DNA of 64,000 bases from a virus. Below, one piece after another: positions 28,311 through 38,990 of the stretch. Under the pieces are notes generated by a model, which had not been told where the DNA came from, ran no database searches, and was given only the letters and a program-made list of their open reading frames with translations. Location: the IMG/VR virus record IMGVR_UViG_3300005096_000137, positions 84,428 to 148,427 of that record; one strand, given 5' to 3'. The position numbers and the translations under genes are program-made. Position 1 is the first letter of the stretch; each line of letters opens with the position of its first letter.

Positions 28311-28445
28311 ACACGAACAATTCACACGAACAATTCACACGAACAATTCACACGAACAATTCACACGAACAATTCACACGAACAATTCACACGAACAATT
28401 CTTCACACGAACAATTCACACGAACAATTCACACGAACAATTCAC
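28311..28445. repeat. Tandem repeat ACACGAACAATTC (13 bp x10, one TTC insertion)
   Basis: Read directly; intergenic. Confidence 0.95.
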
Positions 28446-28460
28446 TACGAGGATTTTGAG

Positions 28461-29861
28461 ATGAGCGACCAACCTTACTTGATGATTGAGAACAAGGGTG
28501 AAGCCCCAGTAGAGGGATACACCGTGCTTGGTCTGTCCACGACTCGGGGTAGCAAAGCTGATGGAGTAATCGGTCAGTTTGGCTCCGGAAACAAGCATGC
28601 CATCAATGTGTGCCTGCGAAACGGGCTTACCGTCTGGGTCTATTGTGGGACCACTCGCTTGGAATTCAGTACCCAATCGGAGATGGTGGATGATGGGTTG
28701 GTCAAGACTGAGGCACGACATGTTGTGTACCGCAAGGGTGCCAGTGCCTGGAAGAAGACTGGTTGGGTTTTGGACATGGGGGTCCTGGACTGGGATAGTG
28801 TTGGGATGGGGCTCCGAGAGTTCGTCTCTAATGCGATTGATCGAACTATCCGAGAAGGTGATATAAACAGCCAGGTCCTTGTCATTAAGACAGTGGACCC
28901 CAAAGACCGCCGTGCCCGGGCTGGGTTCACGCGGATCTTCGTGGAACTCAATACCGATGTTCGTCAGTATTATGAGGAATTGGGTAGTAATTTCCTTCAC
29001 TTCTCAGATGATCCCAGCAAAGCTGTCCCCGGTATTCTGGAGAAGACTGAAGAGGGTGGCGCTAAGATTTACCGCGAGGGTGTCTATGTCCGTGCCCTAC
29101 GGGAGCCGAGCTTGTTTGACTACAATTTCAGTAAAGATGATTTGCCCATCGACGAATGTCGTAATAGTTCCGAGTACGTGATTAAGGCCTCAGTCGCGCG
29201 GATGCTGGGAAACGCTTCACAGGGTATTATTGAGCAAGTGCTCCAGGAGGTCCAGTGTGAAGGTAATTGGCTCGAAACTAACTTGGACACCGATTATCTC
29301 TTTGGATCCTGTTACACAGACCCGGATGATTCCCAGTCAGAAAGTTGGAGCAATGCCTGGGCTGCGACCGCAGGTGTTGGCGCTGTTGTGTGTCGTGACT
29401 CCCATTCAAGTGGGTTCGTGGAACGCAAAGGTTTATCCCCTGGTGTAGTGAAAGAGGGTTGGTTGAGACCCCTGTCTAAGGTGGAGGGGGTCCAGACCTG
29501 CGACGATGTACTGGATGACGCTGAATCAGCAGGAAAAACAATCACACCTGCGGGGATACTTATTGAGAGTGCGATGGATAAAGCCTGGGATGTGTTTGAG
29601 AGCGCAGGTTTGACCAGGTACCTTAGTCAGCCTCAGGTGCTGTGCTTTGAGCAAGCGGGGGAAGACGCGCATATCGCCGACTCTTACTACTGTGGTGTGG
29701 GTAATCTTGTGTATATCAGGTCTCACCTAGCAGGTCCAGAGTGCCACAATGACAGATACCAGGCGGCCATCGGCGTGTGTGCCTTGCACATCAGTTCAGA
29801 TGACGGTTGCGAGTTGACACCCGATGATTTGCTCATCAAGCTGGTGGCAGAACTTACTTGA
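28461..29861 (+). CDS. GHKL/HATPase-like ATPase-domain protein
   Basis: Start reassigned after the repeat (GAGG RBS); LGLST..IGQFGSG.K.A and LREFVSNAID. Confidence 0.65.
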   Translation: MSDQPYLMIENKGEAPVEGYTVLGLSTTRGSKADGVIGQFGSGNKHAINVCLRNGLTVWVYCGTTRLEFSTQSEMVDDGLVKTEARHVVYRKGASAWKKTGWVLDMGVLDWDSVGMGLREFVSNAIDRTIREGDINSQVLVIKTVDPKDRRARAGFTRIFVELNTDVRQYYEELGSNFLHFSDDPSKAVPGILEKTEEGGAKIYREGVYVRALREPSLFDYNFSKDDLPIDECRNSSEYVIKASVARMLGNASQGIIEQVLQEVQCEGNWLETNLDTDYLFGSCYTDPDDSQSESWSNAWAATAGVGAVVCRDSHSSGFVERKGLSPGVVKEGWLRPLSKVEGVQTCDDVLDDAESAGKTITPAGILIESAMDKAWDVFESAGLTRYLSQPQVLCFEQAGEDAHIADSYYCGVGNLVYIRSHLAGPECHNDRYQAAIGVCALHISSDDGCELTPDDLLIKLVAELT

Positions 29862-29886
29862 CAAACCTTGATCCATCACCTATGAT
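29858..29886 (+). promoter_or_regulatory. Sigma70-type promoter
   Basis: TTGACA-17-TATGAT. Confidence 0.65.
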
Positions 29887-29920
29887 TGAGTTGTAAGCCA
29901 ATTTAACCAGGAGAAACACC

Positions 29921-30145
29921 ATGCTGCCAACCATCATTGAATTCGACTACAAAGAAAAGCGTCGGCTGGTCATCGAGATTGGCGACGATAAGCGGGGCAA
30001 CGGTTGTATCCTGTGCCAGCAACTGAGTCCCAAACGTGGATTACGCTCCTTCAAACCCGAACAACGGACCAATCTAAAGAAGCTTGGAATACTCAGAACT
30101 ATATACCACCTTGGGAGGAGAGAATGGGCGATATTGAGAACCTGA
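29921..30145 (+). CDS. Small WYL-like protein
   Basis: AGGAG RBS; F.Y....R.V ... GLRSFK. Confidence 0.4.
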   Translation: MLPTIIEFDYKEKRRLVIEIGDDKRGNGCILCQQLSPKRGLRSFKPEQRTNLKKLGILRTIYHLGRREWAILRT

Positions 30146-30765
30146 TCAAGTGGATCGCCTGCATCAGGATTACCTGTTTTGTGTTTGTGATGATCTCAAT
30201 TATTACGACTTGTAGCCTCATTGGTTATGTGGTCTGGCGACTATTCGCCACGAGCGGTTAGGTTTAACACTACTGGAGAATATCAGATGATGAACAATCT
30301 CGGAAGACCAGTGAACAAACAGATGATTGACATGGAGAAACAGATGAAGTTGGGTTTTCGCCTCGTCGTAGGTTGGTTTGTGTTTGTGGCGATATCTGTT
30401 GTCACAGCCCTCAGCCTCCTAGGCTATGTGGTCTGGCGTCTGCTCGTCGCGAATGGGTTGGTCTAACTTCATCGGAGAGGGCTATGGATGGGTTTTAGAC
30501 ACATTATGGATTCTGCGAATCGACGGGCGTACAAGGATACTTTTGGGTTGATCATGACTTTTGTAAGTATGCTCACCCTGACCGCCACATTTGTCCTGTT
30601 TATCATGTGGCGTGTTTTGATATCTTATGGGATCATGTGAGCTTTGAAAGGGCGTCTATGTTCAAGAAGTACATTATTGCGGTCATCCTCCTGGTACTGG
30701 GTTGCTTTGCCATCCTGGTCGGTCTGTGGGTCTATATGTTAGCCTATGCTGGCTGGGGTATGTAA
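30124..30765 (+). CDS. Four tiny single-pass membrane proteins (30124-30261, 30287-30466, 30488-30640, 30658-30765)
   Basis: Hydrophobic helices; the first three share (GYVV/FIM)WR(L/V)(F/L); the last two were translated by hand. Confidence 0.55.
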
Positions 30766-32513
30766 TGACTCACTTTCAGAAGTGGTGGCTGAAGTTCAAG
30801 AGGAAGAACCCGAACTTTGACCAACCTAACGACACCAAGTTCACGATGACCATCGGCAATCTCCGGAAGGTCCTGACCCAGGCCCACAAGCATGGGTTCT
30901 CCTGTGGGATGGAGACTTCCAAGGACATCGAGAAACTCAAGGGCACTGACCCAAATTCATTTGGAGATTTAATGAACATGTTTAAGGGGCATAAATGAAC
31001 ACAATTTGGAAGTCCAACCTGTCCGGATCACTGGGCACATTTGAGTGGTACAAACCCGGGACCAGGGAAGTCCAGAATCTTGGACCTGTCCTGGACATCT
31101 GTGTTCGGGCGCAGGTGGTGCCACCTATCACGTCCCCAAAATCGAACTGCATCATGTATCTGGTGGAGGTGCTCTACAGTAGAAAGCACATCAAGGGCGA
31201 CCGGTTTGATGCCCAATACTCGCTCGCCCACCTAAAAGCGACCATGGGTGACGATGCACGGATTTGTTTGGCAACATTCAAGAGTGATAAATTCGGGCAG
31301 GCGTACCGACTTGCATTACATGAACAGGCTGAGAGCGGATACCACACCCACTCTTTGACCATTGACAATTGGGTGTGGGATAATGGATGTCAACCTCTGG
31401 CTGGCAAGTAAATTATGTTAAAAGGACTAGCAACACTATGATAACTCGCGTGAACTTTACGAAATTGGACGGTCGACGAATCACCCTGGACCTCATGGAT
31501 GTGTGCAATGTCGAAGACACCCCTGAGGGGGTTGTTGTACTCTACGCAGTGCTAGCCACTGAGAAGAAATCCTTCATAGCGGGTATGACTTATGATCAAG
31601 TGGTCGCCGAACTGGACCGGGGTCGTAATCTCATGATGCCCTTTTCACAGGGGGATGAGGATGGTGAGTTCGAGTCCGGGGATGAATGGAAGGCAGGCGG
31701 TGAAAGTGACGAGTATTGAGCTAGGACCTCAGCCACTACCAGCTCCCCAGCAACGTTACAGGGACTGTAGTGGGTTTCAAGGGGACGTGAGATTCCGTGA
31801 CTACGCGGATATGCTCCATGCCGGAGACATCTTGGGTTGCGAGGAATTCTGTAAGGAACACGTCGAGGACCCAGAGATACTCAGAAAGGTACGTACCCTG
31901 GAGCGCCAGTGGGTTACGGAGATGTCACGCCTCGTGCGGGAACTCCAGATTACTGCCCGCGAAAGCCTTGGGTATCGGACATTATCTGAGGGCTACTGTA
32001 AGCAGGCATATGGCACCCAAGCCTCAACGTGGGTAAAGCGTAAGCTGAAGGCTGGCAACAACTTACTTCGCAATGCTGATGCCGCCCGCCTTGACCACGA
32101 ACGTGTCGAAGTCCCGGTCGGTTTCAAGAAATGATTTGACAAGCTGCTTTTGCAAGGTAGTATTGGTGTAGAAAGGGACTACGACAATGAACGAACACGA
32201 ATACGAAACAGACGACCTCCTGGGCGGGACCGCAAAGGCAACCGTTTGGGTCCAGTACACTACTGAGAACCAGATTCGATACAATCCTGACGGGGGTGGA
32301 TTCGAGTCTAGTATCATTGAGGTTGAAGTCTGGGACGCCAAGGTCACTAGCTACAGTACTCCAGGATGTGACCTGGACCGGGCTGGGATCGAGAAGCTGG
32401 GTGGCGATGGTTCATGGGCAAAGTTGGCGGATGGTTTATTGCTTGACCACCTCAATGACGCGATGGTGGACGACACATTCGAGTATCATGAGTTGGTTGA
32501 ACAGGTCCTTTGA
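30765..32513 (+). CDS. Hypothetical proteins (30765-30998, 30995-31411, 31438-31719, ~31706-32134, 32187-32513)
   Basis: Consecutive coupled + strand ORFs. Confidence 0.45.
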
Positions 32514-32558
32514 GTTTCTATTTTATTGAACAAACTAGTTAATTGGAGGAACAAGAGA

Positions 32559-32939
32559 ATGACCGAATCGAAACCAAGTGAGCAGAAACCCCTAGGTGTT
32601 GTTGGGTTCATTGGAGTCAGTGTGTTCGCAGTCTTCGGGGGTTTATTTGTTTTAGGAGGCATTCAACATGATATGTCCAATGCCCCCTCATCCTTACTCC
32701 AAGCTGCCACTGCCCCTATTATGGGCGACATCCATCGACAGGTCGCCGACGATTCAATTGACCAGTATTGGTTGGCAAAGACACATGGCAACCCCGTGGA
32801 CGCATACGTCCATGCAGGTATGGTCTGTGCCGCGATGTCCCAGGCAGGCGACAAAGCTGGATACATCAAGTGGAAGGCTATCGAGAAGCGTGAGAAGGCG
32901 ACTTTTGAGTCTGACCTGAAGTCACAGTTTAGTCTTTGA
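32559..32939 (+). CDS. Membrane-anchored hypothetical protein
   Basis: GGAGG RBS, N-terminal TM, HAGMV.AA..QA...Y.KWK. Confidence 0.6.
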   Translation: MTESKPSEQKPLGVVGFIGVSVFAVFGGLFVLGGIQHDMSNAPSSLLQAATAPIMGDIHRQVADDSIDQYWLAKTHGNPVDAYVHAGMVCAAMSQAGDKAGYIKWKAIEKREKATFESDLKSQFSL

Positions 32940-32981
32940 GTTTCTGAGTTTCTATTTTATTCCTTGAAAGGTCCACGACAC

Positions 32982-33644
32982 ATGCGATTCAAAACACTAC
33001 TCTTTCTCCTGCTTTCCCTCAGTGTAACCAGTATCTCGAACGCCCAACCACAGGTGGTCAACAATCCGTTTGTTAACCAGGTGACTACCCCCAAAGGTAG
33101 CCCTAGGTTAGATGCCAAGGCGTTTCTCCAGTTTACGGCATCCGCGCCCGCGACGTTGGTTGAGTTTCACCACCAGTACCCCCATGCCCAGGGCTTTCTG
33201 GACTTTGGGGTACCTGGAGTCTATGCCCGTTATGATAGCCGTCTAGCTATTGTTCCGCCATTACCCACTGGGTCAACCCTACTGGCTCCCGCATACAAAA
33301 CAGTCGCCTATTATAAGGGGCAGGTGTTTGCGTATGAGAGCTGTCTGAAATCCCAACCCCTCCCCGAATCATACGTCCTTTCGACCCTCACCCCTACTTT
33401 TGACAATGGCGACTACACCCGGGTTTCCACAGTAGATAGCAAGGGGATTGTGTGGGCTGCCAACGCAGACCCTAAGGTCAAGACCCGCCTCTGGTTTGAG
33501 TACAACAAAGTGGGGCAAGTTACCGTCACCCATCTTGCTGTGGTTAACGTCCCCATGGCAAAACAGGCAATTAAAGCCATAAAAGACTTCATCAAACAAC
33601 AGAAAGAGAAACAGAATGTCGTTCCTAAACGAAGAACCGCCTAA
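32982..33644 (+). CDS. Secreted hypothetical protein (Sec signal)
   Basis: MRFKTLLFLLLSLSVTSISNA|Q. Confidence 0.6.
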   Translation: MRFKTLLFLLLSLSVTSISNAQPQVVNNPFVNQVTTPKGSPRLDAKAFLQFTASAPATLVEFHHQYPHAQGFLDFGVPGVYARYDSRLAIVPPLPTGSTLLAPAYKTVAYYKGQVFAYESCLKSQPLPESYVLSTLTPTFDNGDYTRVSTVDSKGIVWAANADPKVKTRLWFEYNKVGQVTVTHLAVVNVPMAKQAIKAIKDFIKQQKEKQNVVPKRRTA

Positions 33645-33891
33645 AGCCAATCGACGGCGACTATTCCTGATGGGACTTGTCCCCGTCAGTGTCCTCGGTG
33701 CCCTACTCGCGGTAGTCGTGACTAACTCGGTAGAAAGTCACCGAGATGCAGCCGTCGAACATGCGGTCGACTATTCCGTGGAGAAAGCCGAAGACAAGTT
33801 CCAAGATGCTACGGTCAAACTCAAGGACAAGTTCCAAGATGCGAAAGACTCGCTTAAAGAGAAATTCAATGGACTCAACAAATCGAAATGA
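33616..33891 (+). CDS. Single-pass membrane protein with KDKFQDA repeats
   Basis: RRRLFL then TM, then repeated helix. Confidence 0.5.
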   Translation: MSFLNEEPPKANRRRLFLMGLVPVSVLGALLAVVVTNSVESHRDAAVEHAVDYSVEKAEDKFQDATVKLKDKFQDAKDSLKEKFNGLNKSK

Positions 33892-33990
33892 TCCAACGTA
33901 CATGTAGAGGGGTTGATAAATCTGTCAAAATTGGTGGCGTTGGTGTAACCCTCGCCAATGGGTAACGATTATACCGGTCCCTACTTTCTC

Positions 33991-34025
33991 CCCGCTTCTG
34001 GCTTATGGTCAGGGCGGGTTTTTAT
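33991..34025 (+). terminator. Intrinsic terminator
   Basis: CCCGC..CTGGC/GTCAG..GCGGG followed by TTTTT. Confidence 0.6.
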
Positions 34026-34054
34026 TTGACAACCTGCCATTTATGTGGCATACT
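34026..34054 (+). promoter_or_regulatory. Sigma70-type promoter; probably leaderless
   Basis: TTGACA-17-CATACT; ATG at 34061. Confidence 0.65.
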
Positions 34055-34060
34055 TCTAGT

Positions 34061-34546
34061 ATGACAATCGACTACTACCAACATGACGACATATACCTGG
34101 CAACCACCGGAAAACACCCCTCGGGTTTCAAGGGGGTTCTCCAGATTGTGTTCACGGGTCCAAGCGTGGATCAAGTTACTGAACAAGTCATATCAGTCTT
34201 GGTCCTCGACGGACTGGACCAAGTGGCAGATGTCCCTGCTGACTGGGAAGCGGCCTTTGAAACACTGGGCTGTATTTCGACACCCCAAAAACGGGTCCGG
34301 AAACGATCCGAGTATCCAAACCACGCCCGCCCACCACGCCGTGCAGGGAAGCGTCAGGAGTTCTTTGACCACTTGTCCGCCGGGACTGATGTGGCGACTG
34401 CGGTGGCTGCTTCCGGCTATGATTTCGAGGAAGTTGAAACAACCACAGGGATGACTGTCAAGGAGAAGGAAGAAGCGTTGGTAGGGTTTACCTACCTCAT
34501 CCTGGGTTCGATTCTGATTCCGATTGTATGGAGTTTATTCACATGA
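34061..34546 (+). CDS. Hypothetical protein with C-terminal TM
   Basis: Start reassigned to 34061. Confidence 0.5.
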   Translation: MTIDYYQHDDIYLATTGKHPSGFKGVLQIVFTGPSVDQVTEQVISVLVLDGLDQVADVPADWEAAFETLGCISTPQKRVRKRSEYPNHARPPRRAGKRQEFFDHLSAGTDVATAVAASGYDFEEVETTTGMTVKEKEEALVGFTYLILGSILIPIVWSLFT

Positions 34547-34995
34547 GTGAAGATTATCGAAACGTTTATGACTACCGGAATGCACCTCATGGGGAGGGTC
34601 CATTCGCGGGGCATTGGAACGACAAGCCACATCGACTCTTCTGGGATGTCTGTGACATCATGGAGGAGATGCAACCCATTCAGCCCACATTGCTGATTCA
34701 CAAGGCAAAGCATGGTGATCGCCATGTTATCATCCTTAGCAAGGCACACGAGTCCTTTGCTTGGTCACGGTTATTTGAAATCCTTGATGCAGAGGGATAC
34801 TACGTTCCCGAACACTGGGATGATGAGGAGATGGTTGCCCTCTATAAGCAGGTCAAGTCGCATGGCCAGGGTAAGGACGCGAAATACTTCCTGCAATGGC
34901 GTAGCGATCATGGTTATGAGTACGAACACATCGAGATTGAGTACCCCAGCACCCATGAGATGCTTTCAGACGAACTGGAGCGGAAGAAGGCTTGA
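34543..34995 (+). CDS. Hypothetical protein
   Basis: W.DKPHRL motif; coupled ORF. Confidence 0.5.
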   Translation: MSEDYRNVYDYRNAPHGEGPFAGHWNDKPHRLFWDVCDIMEEMQPIQPTLLIHKAKHGDRHVIILSKAHESFAWSRLFEILDAEGYYVPEHWDDEEMVALYKQVKSHGQGKDAKYFLQWRSDHGYEYEHIEIEYPSTHEMLSDELERKKA

Positions 34996-35020
34996 CAACC
35001 GGCAAATCATCACCTATACT
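34992..35020 (+). promoter_or_regulatory. Sigma70-type promoter
   Basis: TTGACA-17-TATACT. Confidence 0.75.
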
Positions 35021-35056
35021 TTCAGAGTAACCACTTAATCATCGGAGAACACAACC

Positions 35057-35755
35057 ATGCCACGACCCACGACGCCCGTCACCATTAAGCCAGGACATTT
35101 CCCTGAGGACGAAGTCCATACACACCCCTCATATGGGGTCATTCAGATATCTCGCATGTCAGGGCAGGCAGATTTATTCAATTCGCCAGTGAAGCACCAA
35201 CACTTCATTGCACTCCGGGTGTCTACCGCCAAGCTCCACACGGATGGTCTCCATGATAATATCTGGGGTGACGACCAACTGGTCGAGGTGTACATGTCCG
35301 AGAGTCAGTTCGCTCGGGCAATCACGAGTATTGGGATGGGCGCTGGCGCTCCATGTACTATTTCCAGCACCAAGGACGAACGAATGACGCCCGGGGCAGA
35401 GCCCCGAGACCTAGCTGCACAGCAGAAGACCATGATCCGTGACAAGTTTGAGAAGGTCATGGACGGTCAACAGGAAATTACAAAACAGATGCAGGAGTGG
35501 CACACGGCAAAACACCGCCCTACCTTGAAGGAGATGGATGACATCATCCACCGGATGGAGGTCGCCACAGGGAACTTTGCAAGTAATACCCAGTTCTACA
35601 CGGATGCCTACATCGAGCGTATCGAGGGGATTGTTGATGACGCCAAGACGGAGCTTGAAACCCACGCCCTAGGAGTAGCCGGTAAGCTGGGCATATCGGA
35701 AGACCAGTGTCCGACTATTTCGATGAGAAAACCTGAGCCTGGGTTACTCGAATGA
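35057..35755 (+). CDS. Conserved phage hypothetical protein
   Basis: HPSYG.I..SR..G...LF.S...H.HFI.L; EV.MSE.QFA..ITS...G.G.PCT. Confidence 0.65.
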   Translation: MPRPTTPVTIKPGHFPEDEVHTHPSYGVIQISRMSGQADLFNSPVKHQHFIALRVSTAKLHTDGLHDNIWGDDQLVEVYMSESQFARAITSIGMGAGAPCTISSTKDERMTPGAEPRDLAAQQKTMIRDKFEKVMDGQQEITKQMQEWHTAKHRPTLKEMDDIIHRMEVATGNFASNTQFYTDAYIERIEGIVDDAKTELETHALGVAGKLGISEDQCPTISMRKPEPGLLE

Positions 35756-37577
35756 TACTGTACTTAGTTATCGTAAGCGACAAACATACGGATGACGAGT
35801 ATCACGCCCACTCATCTATCGAGGGTGCTCATACAAGGGTCAATGCTTGCCTCGTTGACCTGATAACAACATACCAACGAGCGCCCGAGACCATCAAGAT
35901 TTCACCAAGTGCTAGGTCAGAAGGTTGGCGGTTCCTCGCTGATGATCCACTAGGGGTTTGGCAGGCGGCTATCAGGGAGATTGAGGTATCCGAATGAGAG
36001 AGCAGCATTATTTCATGGTGGTGTGCATCTCTCCGAGGGAGGAACCTCAGATTGAATTGTTCACCACCATCCTGAAGGCAAATATCGCTGCCTCCATATT
36101 TATGACTCGGGAGTGCTGGATACGCCGTATCCCCCAGAAGGATATAGAGACCGTCGAACCCCCGGACATCCTTGGATGTTATCGACGTATCCGAACAACC
36201 TGTGAAAGGTGGTCCGCCACCGTGAAAAACACCTGGGTAGTAGATTGACAGTACACATTCGAGCTTACCCGCCTCAGGGTAAACAATATGAACCACCTGG
36301 ACCCTTCACTGAATGCGTGGTAGGCGGTAACGGCGATTCAATCGTTCAGGGGATGGGTAAACAATGGGGTTCGGTGGACATCACACGCTTCAATCTGGAG
36401 GATCGGGTTGTTCGTAAGACCTACTTTCGGCACACTATGAATATCCAGGATGTTTGGGTGTACTACCTGGTCGAGGACGACTTCGGGACCCCATACCCCC
36501 ATCACCAGATTTACAAAACACTCTCTGAGGCATACACGTTTGCCGAGAAACTCTGGTCCCATCATTCCTCGGATGCTCTGTGCAGCGTCACCACACGGAT
36601 GAGACACATCGAACTGACGGTGACCCAGCCATGGACCCAGGCAGTGGGTAAATCCTACGTTAGAGTCAAGGAAATTGAGGTACCAGTATGAAAAGGTTTT
36701 TAGGCTTCCTAATTAAGACGCAAGTATGTGGATTCGTCGTTGGCGCAATCCTGATGACTGCGGTAATCCCAACCATGTACCTCTGGACAATGGATGATTA
36801 TGTACCCCTGACACGTCCCGAGCTTCAGAAGGGGGTGGAGTCTGGGTATGGAGTCATCAACTACCTAGGTGGCGACTGGTACCTGGTGGAGGTCCAACGG
36901 GACTATTGGACTACCAACCCTTTACCCTTTGGGAAGAAGGACATTAAGGTCCGAGTGCCTCACTTGGTCAGATTGCGGAAAAGAGAGCTTGACAAAGTGC
37001 TGAATGGGAGGTAAGCTTGGAGTGTTCACTTAATTTGGATTCGGAGCCACCCATGATACAGTACCTAGTCGTCAATCAACCTGCTGATGTCCCTTGCGAA
37101 TACACAATTTGGAAATCGATCATCGACGCGATTAGTTATGCTCAGAATTGCTTAAAGGTTCCCGCCTCTGGACCTCCTAGCACCCACCGCTATGATGATC
37201 GGGCAGATGGGGTTCGGTTTGTTGGGACTCGTGCGTTCCCACTCAGTATTGTGGTTGTGAGAGAACTGGAGGTGGAGGGGCTCGCGAAAGGTGAGATGGA
37301 AGACCCTACGATGTCTTTCAAACAGGCAATGGTTCTATTCACTGTGATGTGTGGGGACCACGAAATAGGCGTTGATGAGGAAGGGACTCTTGCCTCAGAC
37401 TGGATCTCACCTGAGGTCAATAGTGCCATACGGCTTGCATGTTCCTCAGTGCCTCACTACGACACTTGGCGCAGGGCCCAGAACAATCATATGGTCGCCC
37501 GCGAAACAATTACAGGCTTTGTAACCTACATGCGTGGGTGGCTTAATGCACTTGAACTTGGAATGGAGAAACCATGA
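35752..37577 (+). CDS. Hypothetical proteins (35752-35997, 35994-36248, ~36209-36691, 36688-37014, 37053-37577)
   Basis: Coupled ORFs; several share Y-L-V ... (S/T)...A ... (R/K)E(I/L)EV. Confidence 0.45.
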
Positions 37578-37993
37578 GATTTCGAGACACATTACTTATT
37601 TTGATTATCGCATTTGTTACACCCGGTGCGATTGGTACGGCTGACATCATCAAAACGACTAAGACTGTACGGACCTTCGAGACTCCTCGGGGTACTGAGA
37701 CAACCCAGATTACTGAGACCTTCCATGCACCAACGGCAGGTCAGAATCCCGCGACTAAGATCATGGCGGTTGCTGCCCCAGCGGTTGCTGCCCCAGCGGT
37801 TGCTGTCCCAGCGGTTGCTGCCCCAGCGGTTGCTGTCCCACACCCAGTTCGGGACCAATTCGCGATCGCGGCTTTTCAGCACCTTGCTAAGAGTAACAAG
37901 TGGTTGGGGCTCAATAATTCATCTGAGAAGACTGCCGACAAAGCTTATGAACTCGCGGATGCCATGATGTCCCGCCGAAAGGAAGTAAAATGA
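37574..37993 (+). CDS. Signal-peptide protein with AVAAP repeats and AYELADAM domain
   Basis: RD.FA.AA.Q ... A.KAYELADAM..R. Confidence 0.6.
   Translation: MRFRDTLLILIIAFVTPGAIGTADIIKTTKTVRTFETPRGTETTQITETFHAPTAGQNPATKIMAVAAPAVAAPAVAVPAVAAPAVAVPHPVRDQFAIAAFQHLAKSNKWLGLNNSSEKTADKAYELADAMMSRRKEVK
37766..37840. repeat. In-frame 15-bp tandem repeat x5 (GCGGTTGCTGYCCCA)
   Basis: Read directly. Confidence 0.95.
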
Positions 37994-38268
37994 GAACTCG
38001 AAATGAGAAGTGGCTCAATCGCATTCCCCTGGTATTTGCTCTCACCCTGACACTGCTACTGGTGGGTATCATTGTTAAAGGAATCTCCGCAGGCGAGCGA
38101 TCTCCAAACCGGAGCGCGTTGGTTCAACGAGACGTCATTGCCATACACATCATGGCGGAGATGGCTGGACCTCAGGGACCAGGTCTCCCGAAGGCGTTGG
38201 ATTCCCGGTATGCCAAGCGGTCATACGAACTCGCTGATGCGTTAATCAAAGAAGGGAGGCGAAAATGA
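37990..38268 (+). CDS. Membrane-anchored paralog of previous
   Basis: RD..A ... A..SYELADAL. Confidence 0.55.
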   Translation: MRTRNEKWLNRIPLVFALTLTLLLVGIIVKGISAGERSPNRSALVQRDVIAIHIMAEMAGPQGPGLPKALDSRYAKRSYELADALIKEGRRK

Positions 38269-38738
38269 ACCTGTCCCAACTGACTGCCCCACACCGGGAC
38301 TCACCCTCCGAACCAATGGTCTACCTTGCTGACCAGGACCGCCTGTATGGTCGTGTGCTGGACTATGGGTGTGGACATGGCTATGACGCTGACTACTATG
38401 GTCTGGACGGCTACGACCCCTACCTCCGACCCAAGAAGCCGAAGGGTAAGTATGACACCATAACTTGCATGTTTGTTCTCAACGTCCTAGAAAATGAAGC
38501 CGAGGCAGTAAGGGTCCTCACAGACATACAGAGCCATCTCAAGAGGAATGGTATGGCGTACATTGTAGTGCGCAACGACAAACGGGCGCTGACCGGTGGT
38601 CCAACAGAGATTGGGACCTACCAACAGCATGTCGTCCTCCGCCTCCCCGTCCGCAGATGTCAGGACGGCTATGTGATGTACACTCTGGACAACGAGGACA
38701 ACCTTACTCCAAGTGTGGTTGCCTTTTTCACTTACTAA
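38265..38738 (+). CDS. Class I SAM-dependent methyltransferase
   Basis: VLDYGCGHG.D, YDPY, YD.I.C.FVLNV, G.AY..VR.D. Confidence 0.8.
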   Translation: MNLSQLTAPHRDSPSEPMVYLADQDRLYGRVLDYGCGHGYDADYYGLDGYDPYLRPKKPKGKYDTITCMFVLNVLENEAEAVRVLTDIQSHLKRNGMAYIVVRNDKRALTGGPTEIGTYQQHVVLRLPVRRCQDGYVMYTLDNEDNLTPSVVAFFTY

Positions 38739-38990
38739 CGGGGGTTCGGATGTTGATACTTGTATGCCATGTAGCCGCACGGTTTACATTGCTATGGCAG
38801 ATGTCCCTGTGGGTATCTATCTACTTCACCCATGACTCAGGTAACTACCGGGTCTTTACTGTGAGTGAGATGTGTTGTGTCACCATTGTCGTACTGTTGT
38901 GTAGGGCAAAGCCACCAACTAGGACTAGTGTGAATCCCCTTTTACCTCCAACAACCCCTATGTACCCACGCCAATAAGAATCAAGGACAT

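Noticed and set aside
23300-28445. 11- and 13-bp tandem repeats as mini-CRISPR arrays
   Set aside because: Units are directly adjacent with no spacers
28254-28460. N-terminal TRTIHTNNSHEQF repeat extension on the 535-aa ORF
   Set aside because: Read-through of a 13-bp intergenic minisatellite that is open in several frames; an RBS supports ATG 28461
33616-33891. A sixth Tat substrate (NRRRLFLM)
   Set aside because: The motif is imperfect and equally explained by positive-inside residues before a TM anchor
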